A stretch of DNA of 64,000 nucleotides, taken from assembly GCA_963818475.1 (NCBI GenBank), contig CAWFSF010000006.1:1792001-1856000 (forward strand), read 5' to 3'. Of the stretch, positions 37,319-48,022 are shown piece after piece (the first letter of the stretch is position 1; each line of letters opens with the position of its first letter). The notes under the pieces were generated by a model. That model was given only the letters and a program-made list of their open reading frames with translations, ran no database searches and was not told the origin of the DNA. The stretch is from Nitrospirota bacterium (lineage in GTDB: Bacteria > Nitrospirota > UBA9217). The position numbers and the translations under genes are program-made.

Positions 37319-37559
37319 GACAATCTCCCTGATGCTCGATGCAGAATCCAGGAGCCTCTTAACTATAAACAGCCTTTGACATACATAACATCGGATAAAA
37401 TCCCGATAACTGCGGATTGTTTCGGACAGAGATCTCACCCTCTTGATGATAGAAGTATCTTTTTGTTTTATTGCTTTATCCGCTTTTATCCGTGTTAATC
37501 CGCTTCTTCAGTGTCCAAGATGTTTTCTGGACTTATGAGCTTACCAACTTTATTCTGTA

Positions 37560-39184
37560 TCAGCCAACCGTTTTCATCGCGTCTTCCAGCCCCACTCCCT
37601 GTTTCAGCAAGGCTGCTGCGGATTCGTGGAGGTCCAGAAGCCGCTTGATGATCGCCAGCGTCTTTTCGGGCGGCGAGAAAGCGTCGTCGCTGTATGCGTT
37701 CTGCTGCAGGAACTCGGTGCGGATCATTTCGGCAATCCGCATCAGCAGGCGGTCCGCATCCTGCAGCCCTTCAGCCCCCACGATCTCAGAGACCTCGCGG
37801 AGCGACTCTTCCTCCTGCAGGATCTGGCGGCATCGCGCGAGCAGACGCGTCCCACTCCGAAGAGACCTTTTTTTTGTAATGCGTTGCCACGTCTCCGGCA
37901 TAGAGCGAGTAGCTCTGGAACCAGTTGATCGCCGGATAATGCCTGCGGTGCGCCAGGGAGGTGTCGAGCATCAGAAATGCGCCGGTCGTGCGCAGACAGG
38001 CCTGGGTCACCGGCTCGGTGAAATCTCCGCCCGGCGGTGAGACTGAAAGGATCATGCTGAGCGAGCCGATCCTGTTGTTCAGGGTCTCGACCACGCCGGA
38101 CCGCTCGAAGAACGCGGACAGCCGCGACGCAAGATACGTGGGATAGCCCTCTTCGCCGGGCATCTCTTCCAACGAGGCTGAAATTTCGCGCAGCGCCTCG
38201 GCCCATCGGGAAAGGCTGTCGGCAAGGAACAGCACATGGTAGCCCATATCGCGGTAGTACTCCGCCATGGTGACGGCGGTATAGATCGACGCCTCGCGCG
38301 CAGCCACGGGCATGTTCGACGTATTGACCACGAGCACCGTGCGGTCCCGGAGCGGCCTGCCGCTCCAGGGGTCGCGCAGCTCCCCGAACTCGGCGATCAT
38401 GTCCGCCATTTCGTTGCCGCGCTCGCCGCAGCCGACATAGACAACGATATCCACGTCAGCGAACTTGGCCACCGACTGCTCGAGGATCGTCTTGCCCGTG
38501 CCGAATCCGCCGGGGAAGATGGCGGTCCCGCCGCGCGCCAGGGGGAACAGAAAATCGATGCTGCGCTGGCCGGTCACGAGCGGCTCAGCAGGCGCGAACT
38601 TTCTCTTGTAGGGCCGCGCGAAACGCACTGGCCACTCATGGCAGCCCGGTATGTCCCGGCCGGACTCGAACTGCCCCAGCGGTTCGTCGAGGCTGATGTC
38701 TCCTTCGGTAAGCCTGGCGATCTTTTCACGGTCCCCCGAACCGCCGAGGATAAAGTGTTTGAATGCACCTTCCTGGACCGAGCCGATGATGGCGCCGGGC
38801 GTGATCAGTTCTCCCGGTTTCATCATCGGCGTGAACTGCCACCGCTTCATGTAATCCAGGGCGTACATTTCCTTGCCGCCGGTGATAAAGGGCCCCATTT
38901 CCTTTCTGAGCCGTTCGAGCGGGCGCTGGAGCCCGTCGAACATGCCCGACGAGAAGCCCGGGCCCCAGGCGCACCGTAAGCGGCATACCAACGCCCTTCA
39001 CCGGTTCTCCGACACCCAGGCCGCGCGTGTCCTCATAGACCTGGATCACGGCCCGTTCGCGTTCGAGACGAACGACCTCGCCCGTCAGCATGGCGTGGCC
39101 GACGTAGACGCGCTCGTACAGGGTAAGCCCCTTCAGGTCGGTCGTAACGGTAGGTCCTGATATTCCCTGGATTTTTCCACTCAT
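37560..39184 (-). CDS. atpA: V/A-type ATP synthase subunit A (several indels, probable errors)
   Basis: QVYEDT.GL, PGGFGTGKT, GCGERGNEM, EMPGEEGYP.YL and FLQQNAY spread over three frames. Confidence 0.93.
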
Positions 39185-39398
39185 TGAGAGACCCCGTTGT
39201 TGTACTGATAATCTTAAACAAACCTTTTGACACGGATCAGATCTGATAAACATCGGATAAAATCGGATTTTCTCTTGCGGGAAAAGATTCACCTTTCTGA
39301 TGAGAATCTCACTTTTGATGTATCCGCCCTTATCATACGTTAATCCGATTCTTCCGTGTCCAAATGATTCGGTCACAACAATCTGTTCCCGGCCCCAG

Positions 39399-39737
39399 TC
39401 AGAGCTTCAACCGCACATGGTATCCAATGGCCCGCCTGATGAGGCGTGATGTGTAATCCTCTACATCCTCAGGCGGTTTTTCCGGCGCAGGCAGTACGAG
39501 CAGTATCCCGTGCCATCCTTGTTCCAGTTCCTGCACCCGTTCATACGACATCCCCTGCCCGTTCTGTGCCCGGCTCATCAGCCGTTCATCGATGATCACC
39601 AGGCCGACATCCGGATCGGTCATGCTCCTCTGCAGCGTTTCCTCGGCATCATCCGCCTCGACCGCAGCCTGGGGAAGACCGGTCAGGCTGAATCCGTAGG
39701 ACGCATCAGGAGGCGTTATGAACGATATCTTTTTCAT
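39399..39737 (-). CDS. atpF: V/A-type ATP synthase subunit F
   Basis: GFSLTG, D.DVGLVIIDE and LIRRAIG. Confidence 0.88.
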   Translation of the reverse strand: MKKISFITPPDASYGFSLTGLPQAAVEADDAEETLQRSMTDPDVGLVIIDERLMSRAQNGQGMSYERVQELEQGWHGILLVLPAPEKPPEDVEDYTSRLIRRAIGYHVRLKL

Positions 39738-39756
39738 GGCCTATCAAAACCGATCT

Positions 39757-40722
39757 TCAGCTGACCAGCTCGTTCTCGATCACGTCCCGTTCCGCGTTTT
39801 TTCCGTAGAACAGGATGCTCAGATTCATCGCCTCCATGGAACAGCGCCAGAGGTAGTCCAGGATCGTTCCAACGCCAAGGGGATCACTTCCCTCCTGTTT
39901 GAGATACTGTGTCGTCGCCCTGTACAGGGCGTGCTCCACCTGGGAGGGGTCCTGCAGCTCTATCTTCACACCGGCATACTGCCTGATAAGCACGCCAGCG
40001 GCCAGAAGGTCCCTCCGCTGCTGGATCTGGACAAGCTGCTCCACCGGCAGACTGCCGAAGGCTATAAAATCGGGTGTGCTCACGGACTCCTGCAGCACGG
40101 AAACGGCAAGTCGTATAAGATTGCGGGCATCGATCATACGAACCATGAATGTTTTGATGAGCGGATGCAGTTTTTGCTGTGCCGCGTATTCGAGGAGAAG
40201 GTTGGTCAATCGACGCTCAACGCCCCGCAGCCCTTCTTCGGCAAAGTATTGCGGCAGGTCGGCAAAGGCCGGAGATAGTCTGCTGAAAATGCGACTGACC
40301 TCGTCAATGGCCGTCGAACTGTCTGTTGACGACAGGCAGGCCTTGCGTAGTTCGTTCGAGAGCAGACTTTCGGTAAAAAGCTCCTCCAGGCGCGCCGACT
40401 TCCTGTCCTTCATCCGCCGGAGGCAGATGCATATCGTTCTGAGCTCGGCATACAGGAAGAAGAGGCCGAATAGTTCCCTGAGGCGTCCGTTCATTTGCCC
40501 GTATACCCAGCGATATTCTTTCATCAACCGACGCCAGACCGCATCCGGAGAGGCTTCGACAACACCCCCGCGGGAGCGCGATGACAGGAGCGCCTCCAGC
40601 GGTGCAGCATCAAAGAGCAGGGTCTTCCAGTCCCTGATCAGTCCGGCCCTCCTGCCCCTGATCCTGGACAGCAGGTACACCGCTGGATAACCCCGGTCTT
40701 CAAGATCGAGTAGAAGTTCCAT
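39757..40722 (-). CDS. atpC: V/A-type ATP synthase subunit C/d
   Basis: Y...RIRG, ID..N and C-terminal YLW....EA.NL; position in the operon. Confidence 0.82.
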   Translation of the reverse strand: MELLLDLEDRGYPAVYLLSRIRGRRAGLIRDWKTLLFDAAPLEALLSSRSRGGVVEASPDAVWRRLMKEYRWVYGQMNGRLRELFGLFFLYAELRTICICLRRMKDRKSARLEELFTESLLSNELRKACLSSTDSSTAIDEVSRIFSRLSPAFADLPQYFAEEGLRGVERRLTNLLLEYAAQQKLHPLIKTFMVRMIDARNLIRLAVSVLQESVSTPDFIAFGSLPVEQLVQIQQRRDLLAAGVLIRQYAGVKIELQDPSQVEHALYRATTQYLKQEGSDPLGVGTILDYLWRCSMEAMNLSILFYGKNAERDVIENELVS

Positions 40723-41278
40723 TGGCTGGCCTCTTTGATCAGCTCCGGGAGCATGGCTTCCCATGCGCGCTCCAGCCGTTTCTCGCAGGTATTGACGACC
40801 GTCACCAGACCGTCGTCACTGGTCACCTCCAGCCCGCCGGAGATCGTTTCCGACGCGGTTATCTTCGCGTTGGGGAAGTAATTTCCGTGCGCGTTCGACA
40901 TCGTCGGGGTTGCACCTTCACGCTTGCCCAGGTGAACCGCGGGAGTTCCTGCACCATGGCCTGAAAAGCCGCGTCGTATTCACCTTCTCTCAACATGCGG
41001 AGCCGGGATCCGGCTATCGCATAGAGAAGATCGGCAAGTTTTCGGTCCGCGGCAAGGCGCAGTCCCCGCTCTTTACTGCGCGTTTCCAGCAGGGCCTGCG
41101 ATCGGATCAAAGCCACTTTGGCCGCCATGATACGACCTGCCTCCTCTTTCGCCTGATCGATCTTCTGTGCGCAGGCTGCCCTGGCAGTATCAGCCTCTGC
41201 GCTCGCCTCCGACCAGACGGCATCCACCCGCTCGCTCGCGGCCGATCGCAGCGACTCGATCAGTTCCTTGCATCCCAT
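40638..41278 (-). CDS. atpE: V/A-type ATP synthase subunit E (indel near 40900; 3' end uncertain)
   Basis: N-terminal coiled coil; C-terminal ISGG...DG...V.NT...RL in a second frame. Confidence 0.82.
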
Positions 41279-41279
41279 G

Positions 41280-41504
41280 TTACTTCACCGTAAAGAGGAT
41301 CATGGTCGCCACCACGAATCCCAGGATCACCATGGTCTCGGGAATGGCGACCAGGATCACGATGGTGCCGGTCAATTCCGGCTTTTCCGCCAGCGTGCCC
41401 GCGCCGGCCGCCCCGATCCGTGACTGCGCCCAGGCCGTTGCGATCGCGGGTACGCTGATGGCCAGGGCTGCACAAAATGCGATCAATACTTTTTCGTAGT
41501 TCAT
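41280..41504 (-). CDS. atpK: V/A-type ATP synthase rotor subunit K/c (single hairpin)
   Basis: AWAQSRIGAAGAG..AEKPE...IPETMVILG. Confidence 0.93.
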   Translation of the reverse strand: MNYEKVLIAFCAALAISVPAIATAWAQSRIGAAGAGTLAEKPELTGTIVILVAIPETMVILGFVVATMILFTVK

Positions 41505-41545
41505 AGGACCTCCTTTTATTTAATCCGGACAAGCCGGAACCATTT

Positions 41546-41646
41546 TGCCACGAAGACACAAAGGCACGAAGAAATCCTCAATGATTGTACCGTCTATTTA
41601 ATCTGCAAACCTAAAGATTCCTTTGTGTCTTCGTGCCTTCGTGGCA
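41546..41646. repeat. Family-D inverted repeat element (CACGAAGG trimers)
   Basis: tgccacgaagacacaaaggcacgaag ... ctttgtgtcttcgtgccttcgtggca; related lone arm at 5329-5356. Confidence 0.8.
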
Positions 41647-41684
41647 GAATTATGTTTTTCATTTTGCCTAGATTTTTTCAGCGC

Positions 41685-43565
41685 TTAAACCTTCTTTAAC
41701 GGAGCGAACTTCCTTCCTCCGTGTTCAATGAACTTGCTGAAGAACTCCACATAGTGGAGCCTCAGGGAGTGTATGGTGGGAGAAAAAACGCCCAGAATGA
41801 TGTTCAGCAAATGGATCAGTCCGGCCACGACGACCCCCGTGACCACGTCGCCGGTCACGCCGGCCAGATTGTTCGCAACAAAGGCGAGCAGCACGGAGGT
41901 GAGCCCGATCGCCGCGATGCGGACATAGGATATGATGTTGCCGATGCTTTTGAGAAGTTCCAGCGGCGCCAGCAGACCGCCGGCAAAAAAAAGGAACGGC
42001 GTGAGGAACAGGATCACCAGAACGACGGGACGAGCCAGCAACGCGGGGAAATAGCCGAACAACGACGCGATGATCACCATTAGGCTGATGATAATGACAA
42101 CGCTCAGCGCCTTGTACGCCGCTTCTTTCATGATTTTATGCTTGAATGCATTGATGGCGCCCAGGATCAGGCCAAGGATGATATGGGCGACGCCCACGGC
42201 AACGGAGAATGCGAGCATCGGCACAATAGCCGTGCGACGCTCCATGCAGAGCGGCTCGATATGAAAGAGCCGTTCAGGAAGATCGCCGAAGAATTCACCG
42301 AAGAGTATCCCGAAAAAGGCCGAATAGGCCGAGGCGATCAACAGGATCTTCGCGCCGTCCCTGACCGGTCCTTTTTGACGGTTCTTTTTGAGCAGGATGA
42401 GTGACGTGATGCCGAGCACCAGGGCATATCCTGCGTCACCCAGGATCATGCCGAAAAATATGGGGAAGAATATCGCGATGAACGGCGTAGGATCGTAGGA
42501 CGTGTAGGCCGGCAGCGGCAGCAGGCTCGTGAACAGTTCAAAGGGCTTGAAGTAGGAGGGGTTCTTCAGGACGATCGGCACCTGGTCGAGCTCCTCTTCA
42601 TGCATTTCTTTTTCCTCGATCATGACCCTGGCGCCGAAATCATCGCGCAGCCGTTGTTTGAGCCGCGGAAGGTCTTCCGACTGCATCCATCCGTGAATAA
42701 AAAAGCACATGCGGGTTTCGAAAGCGAAGGCCGTTGTGTTGAGCAGCGAAAGACGGTCGTCGATCCATTCCTGCACGCGCTGGTAGATCGGGACCCATCG
42801 CCGGGTAAAACTTGCCAGTTCCGCATCGATCGCCCGGATCTCGAGCAGCACCTGGTCTGCCCGCTTTTTCACAAAGGACACCTTCTCCGGGAACGTCAAT
42901 TTGGCGAAGGATTCAGGGAACGTGAGCTCGGGAACGTGTTCATCGCTCAGGGATTTTTTTACCTTTTCGGAAACGCTCTTTTCCACGGTGATGAGACCCA
43001 CCAGGGTGCCGTCCTCCGCCGGCTCGGTCTGCAGTTCGTATTTCCAGTCCGTTATTCTCGACAGGGCCGCGCGCAGGTGTTCGACCATCTCGGGTTCGCG
43101 GATCGTCAGTCCGATGAAATCAAGGTCAGGCGTTTCCGTGGTGGTCTCGACGAGTGACGCAAGTGCGTTGAGAAAGATCGAGTACCGGCCAAGCTCGGCC
43201 CCTTCCTTGGCCAGAATTTCGCGCCGTTTGGACAGGTCAGTTGCACTTTCCCGGTGCCGGTCGATGGTCTTGGAAACCGTATCGAGAATGGAGACCGGTT
43301 CGATATAGCTTTTTCTTACGGCAAGGGCGGGCAGCTCAGCAAAGAGCAGTTCGATCTTCTGGCGCAGTTCCTCGAGGAACATGCGCTCAAAAACGGTCTT
43401 CTCATCCAGCATGAAAGAGCGAACGTCCTTTTCCCATTCTTTTTCGATGTACCCCACGGTGGCCGGTTCGATCTGAAATATGCCCATTTCCCGCAGCAGG
43501 GACAGAACCTGCTGCAGCAGAGGCTTTTCGCCGACGATCTCGATCTTGGACATCCTGACTATCAT
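41685..43565 (-). CDS. atpI: V/A-type ATP synthase subunit I/a
   Basis: DPTP...FFG.ILGDAGY, NIISYVRIAA and IHSLRLHYVEFFSKF. Confidence 0.95.
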   Translation of the reverse strand: MIVRMSKIEIVGEKPLLQQVLSLLREMGIFQIEPATVGYIEKEWEKDVRSFMLDEKTVFERMFLEELRQKIELLFAELPALAVRKSYIEPVSILDTVSKTIDRHRESATDLSKRREILAKEGAELGRYSIFLNALASLVETTTETPDLDFIGLTIREPEMVEHLRAALSRITDWKYELQTEPAEDGTLVGLITVEKSVSEKVKKSLSDEHVPELTFPESFAKLTFPEKVSFVKKRADQVLLEIRAIDAELASFTRRWVPIYQRVQEWIDDRLSLLNTTAFAFETRMCFFIHGWMQSEDLPRLKQRLRDDFGARVMIEEKEMHEEELDQVPIVLKNPSYFKPFELFTSLLPLPAYTSYDPTPFIAIFFPIFFGMILGDAGYALVLGITSLILLKKNRQKGPVRDGAKILLIASAYSAFFGILFGEFFGDLPERLFHIEPLCMERRTAIVPMLAFSVAVGVAHIILGLILGAINAFKHKIMKEAAYKALSVVIIISLMVIIASLFGYFPALLARPVVLVILFLTPFLFFAGGLLAPLELLKSIGNIISYVRIAAIGLTSVLLAFVANNLAGVTGDVVTGVVVAGLIHLLNIILGVFSPTIHSLRLHYVEFFSKFIEHGGRKFAPLKKV

Positions 43566-43568
43566 GCG

Positions 43569-43883
43569 TCATCCCGGGAGTATGGTACGGATATGCTTCT
43601 CCACAATCGCCTGCAACACTGCTCTGTCCAGATGGTCCATATGTTCAACGAGCGTTGCCGCAGCCCTCACGCTCGATGCAGTGCTCTCCTCTGCTTCTTT
43701 CCTCGCCCGGTCCTCTGCCGCTGCGAGCATGTCCTTGATCCGATCCTCTTCCTTAAGGACCTCGTCTTCGCAAACCTTTTTCACCTTTTCAAGCCAGTCG
43801 CGCGCCTTTGCCTGTTCGATTTCAAGGCACTTCTGGATCTCCCGCTCTACCTCGATGACCTCGCTCAAAACATTGTTGTCCAT
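43569..43883 (-). CDS. V/A-type ATP synthase subunit G/H
   Basis: Acidic coiled coil, first gene of the operon; extended -10 TGcTACAAT 6 nt upstream of the ATG. Confidence 0.72.
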   Translation of the reverse strand: MDNNVLSEVIEVEREIQKCLEIEQAKARDWLEKVKKVCEDEVLKEEDRIKDMLAAAEDRARKEAEESTASSVRAAATLVEHMDHLDRAVLQAIVEKHIRTILPG

Positions 43884-44059
43884 ACTTCAATTGTAGCAAA
43901 AAAAAACAGCTACATTTAGAGGGACAGTATGCAACATTCCGCTACAGTGCATTTTTTTAGCCCATTATCCGACATAAGACAGAAAAAACGAGCATGCGCA
44001 TCACAGCACTTGCATTAACCACTGCCTGCGGTAAAATGCATCAACAGAGGAGGTGCAAG

Positions 44060-44647
44060 ATGATACGGTATAGCGGAGTGAACCACCTTGCAATGGCTAC
44101 GGGCAACATGGATGGCACCATTCGCTTTTGGCGGGACCTGCTCGGCATGCGTATGGTCGCTGGCTTGGGGCAACCCGGGTATCGGCACTACTTTTTCGAG
44201 GTATCGGACCGCGACATGATCGCCTTCTTTGAATGGCCGGGTATTCTTCCGGTGCCGGAAAAGGAGCATGGCCGTCCGGTTGCTGGACCGTTCTTGTTCG
44301 ATCATGTTTCCTTCGGCGTGGAGAGCGAAGACGGTCTTTGGGCACTGAAGGACAGGATCTCTGCCGCCGGGATATGGGTGTCGGAAGTGATCGACCACGG
44401 GTTCATACATTCCATCTATTCCTTTGATCCCAACGGCATCCCGATCGAGTTCAGCGTGCCGGTCAAGAACATCGATCCGCGCAGCAAGCCGTTCATGGCC
44501 GACCGGGCGCCGGTGAAAACAGCACTCGAAGGGGTTGAACCGCGATATGAAGCATGGCCGGCTGTCGCACGACCGACACCAAAAGAGGAGCGCACCGTTT
44601 ACCCCGGAGCCGGCAGTGAGCTGTTTCACGGAAAGAAAAAGGAATGA
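44060..44647 (+). CDS. VOC/glyoxalase family protein
   Basis: GVNHLAMAT..MD.TIRFWRDLLG, DHVSF and DHGFIHSIYSFDPNGIPIE. Confidence 0.9.
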   Translation: MIRYSGVNHLAMATGNMDGTIRFWRDLLGMRMVAGLGQPGYRHYFFEVSDRDMIAFFEWPGILPVPEKEHGRPVAGPFLFDHVSFGVESEDGLWALKDRISAAGIWVSEVIDHGFIHSIYSFDPNGIPIEFSVPVKNIDPRSKPFMADRAPVKTALEGVEPRYEAWPAVARPTPKEERTVYPGAGSELFHGKKKE

Positions 44648-44880
44648 TGATAATGACCGCAACTAAGAACACATGAGGAGGAAAAACCTGGTACGAATAA
44701 TGGTCCGGCATGATCTGCGTCCCTGCAATGGTTGCATTGGATGTAATCTCTTGACTAACACCTGCCCAACCTCAACAATTCCATCGAGTTGCCGTCATCC
44801 CCATTGTTTTTTTCACCACGATCATCACATTTACACTGAGCCAGCCTTGACAAGCACCAGTTCTTTGATACACTTGAGCC

Positions 44881-45852
44881 ATGAACCTACCCCTTCTGAT
44901 CAGCATCATCGCATGCCTGCTTTTCTCTTCTCACGCTTTTGCAACGGACGACTGTTATTCCTGCCATGGGAAAAAGGGCGGCCGAACCTATGTGAGCAAA
45001 GATGCCTTCGAGCAGTCGGTCCACGGCTGGATGGCCTGCGATAAATGCCACCTCGGCATCTCGCCCTACCCCCATGGGATCGTATCCAAAGTCAATTGCG
45101 GCATCTGCCATTTTCTCGGCAGGGAAGGCGCTCCCAAAGAGCAGGCCGCGGAGTATAAACTGAGCGTCCATGGACGTGCGGCCGGCAAGGGAATTGCCCT
45201 GGCTCCGACCTGCCAGACCTGCCATGGTTCTCATGCGATCTACCGATCCACAGACCCCCGGTCAACGACCGGCAGGGAGAAGATCCCGTCCCTCTGCGGC
45301 CAATGCCATGCGGCCGAGCTCGGCACGTATGAAAAAAGCATCCATGGCATCGCTCCTCCTCAAAGAACAATATGAACAGCGCTCCGACCTGTTTCGACTG
45401 CCATATGGAGCACCGCATTCCGGGCGCCTCGGAACCGAAGTGGAAACTGTCGCTGATCGACAAATGCGGCACCTGCCATCCCGAAGAGATGAACACGTAT
45501 CAGAAGACCTATCACGGCAAAGTGACCCGTCTCGGTTATACGACCATCGCCATGTGCTGGGACTGCCACGGTTCGCATGGCATCCTTCCGCAGAATGACC
45601 CTGCATTCCACGCTGTCGTCAAAGAATCTGGTCGCCACCTGTGCAAAGTGCCACCCCGGCGCCACAGAAAGCTTTACCAAATTCTATGCCCATGCGGAGG
45701 AGACGAACCGGGCAAAGTATCCGGTCCTTTACTACACCTTCGTGTTCATGACCCTGCTGCTCATCGGGGTCTTCGCCTTCTTTCTGACCCACACGTTCCT
45801 GTGGGCGTACCGCGCGTTAAAAGAGCGGATACAGAAAAAAGGAGGGATGTAA
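44881..45852 (+). CDS. Nonaheme cytochrome c with signal peptide and C-terminal TM (indels near 45355 and 45605)
   Basis: CYSCH, CDKCH, CGICH, CQTCH, CGQCH, CFDCH, CGTCH, CWDCH and CAKCH over three frames; TTGACA-16-TACACT promoter at 44847-44874. Confidence 0.88.
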
Positions 45853-45854
45853 AC

Positions 45855-46672
45855 ATGGCACTGGTCAAACGGTTCAACGCCTATCACCGGATCCTGCATG
45901 TCGCCATGGCCGTCAGCTTCATCGGCCTCGTCGCATCCGGCATGCCGATCAAGTATGCCCAGGCGCCCTGGGCCGCGTGGCTGACGAAGCTTCTCGGGGG
46001 ATACGCAGGGAGCGGCCCTGATCCATCGCATCTGCGCGGTCATCACCTTCGGCTATTTCGCGGCGCATATCGGCTATGTCCTGTACGACATCGTTATCGT
46101 CAGAAAGTTCAAGTTCAACCCCCTCGGGCCCTGAATCCATGGTCCCCTGGCTCAAGGACCTCGAGGACATCATCGAGCAACTTCAAGTGGTTCCTCGGCC
46201 TGGGTCCCCGCCCGCAGCTGGACCAGTGGACCTACTGGGAAAAGTTCGATTACTGGGCCGTCTTCTGGGGCGTGGGCATGATCGGCGTCTCCGGACTGTT
46301 CCTGTGGTTCCCCGTGTTCTTCGGCCAGTTCTTACCCGGCTGGGCCTTTAACATCGCGACCGTCATTCATAGTGACGAAGCGCTCCTGGCGGCCGGATTC
46401 ATCTTCACGATCCACTATTTCAACACCCATATGCGGCCGGAAAAGTTCCCCATGGATCCGGTCATCTTTACCGGAAACCTGACGCTCGAGGAGCTGAAGC
46501 ACGAACGGCCCCTCGAATACGAGCGCCTCGTAGCCGAGAACAAGCTTGGCCAATACGCGACCGAGGCCCAGGCGCCCTGGATCACCGATGCAGGCATCAT
46601 CTTCGGTTTCCTGACGGTTCTGATCGGATTTGTCTACTGGTCCTGATCATTCTCGGACAGTTCGTGTATTAA
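45855..46672 (+). CDS. Di-heme cytochrome b membrane subunit (FdnI/CbcL type; several indels)
   Basis: RFNAYHRILH, IHRI, WTYWEKFDYWAVFWG, IHSDEALLA..FIFTIHYFNTH and EKFPMD. Confidence 0.85.
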
Positions 46673-46675
46673 CTC

Positions 46676-47385
46676 ATGTCCTTACAACAGAGAGACCTCT
46701 TCATAAAAAACATCTTTTCGACGGTCGCGCCTCACGTCGATTTCCTGAGCACCGGTTTCAGCTTCGGCTTCGACCATTACTGGCGAAACAGAGCGGTCAG
46801 GCGCGCCGGGATCGCGGAGGGCGAACGGGTGCTCGATGTCTGCACCGGCACCGGGGAACTGGCGTTCCTGCTTGCCGACAAGGTCGGCGAGAACGGCCTG
46901 GTCACCGGCGCCGATTTCTGCAGCGAGATGCTGGACCGGGCGCGTAAGAAATCCTCGGACCGTCACACGAATCTTTCCTTCATCCTATCCGACACCAAGG
47001 CCCTGGCCTTCCCCGACAACATCTTTGATCTGGTCACGGTCTCCTTCGGCATGAGGAACATCCCCGACACGACCATTGCGCTGCAAGAGATCAAACGGGT
47101 GCTGAAGCCGGGCGGCAGGTTCATCTGCCTTGAGCTGACACGGCCGCACCTGGCCTGGTTCCGCAGCCTCTACGAATGGTATGTCTTCTGGATCATGCCG
47201 TTCATCGCGAAAACTGGTCGTCAAGACAGCCGCCCCCTATCTGTATCTGCCGCGGTCCATCAACGCCTTCTATCCCCCGGACGAGTTCAGGCAGATCATC
47301 GCCGAAAGCGGCTTTACCAGACGTGACCGTCGATTCCCTGACCATGGGGATCGCGACGATCTACGGGGCGGTAAAACGTGGATAA
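46676..47385 (+). CDS. ubiE: UbiE/MenG quinone C-methyltransferase (indels near 47210 and 47320)
   Basis: IF..VAP..D, VLDVCTGTG, FD.VTVSFGMRN, RVLKPGG, Y.YLP.SI..F and GIATIY. Confidence 0.82.
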
Positions 47386-48022
47386 CGTCGGTATTTTCTG
47401 CGACAAAGGACAACGCATTTTCTGCATGACTATTCACGGCGCTGCATCGAGCGCCTGTACGGGCCACTCGCTGTTCCCGGTCCCTTTTCCTTTTCTCTCC
47501 GCCTATCTGGAAGCAAACATCAAAAAGGAAGCGGACAAGGACCGCTTGATCATCGAACATGCGGCGGAAGCCCTTGCCGCGGGGAAAGAACCGGGCGATG
47601 TGGACATCGAGGATATCTTCGAGCGAACAAAAACCGTCGACAAGGCCTTCGTCCGCCGTCTTCTGATCCCCTCATTCTCGATCCAGGTGCGCTACGAGGA
47701 CATTGCCGACATCAGGAAAAAACGGATCGCTCGGCTGTCAACAACGGCCGGCGAGATGCTGCAGGCACTGGGAAGGATCATCATCGTTCTCTGAAGTGGT
47801 CCGGAACACCTACACGCGAATCGCAGTTCCGCGGAGTCATCCTGGACATCCTTCACCTGTACAACCAGGAGACCAGGATGCTTGACCGATTCCATCAAGT
47901 TCTTCTCGCCCTTCAACCGGGCGATCAGCCTGTTTGCCGAGAACATGTTCGACACCATGGAGGCCGTCGCAGCAAGCATGGTCGACGAGTATGCCGAGAA
48001 ACTGTTCCGGGGAGAATGTCGC
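47378..48022 (+). CDS. Hypothetical helical protein upstream of the radical SAM gene (multiple indels)
   Basis: Coding-like fragments (YLEANIKKE..KD.LII, IQVRYEDI..IR..RI, LY.QETRML) in successive frames. Confidence 0.6.

Noticed and set aside
44644-44665. Fur-box-like gatgataatgaccgcaact (also gataatcagctcatt at 27177)
   Set aside because: Only a half-site matches, which is too weak without a lineage-specific matrix.
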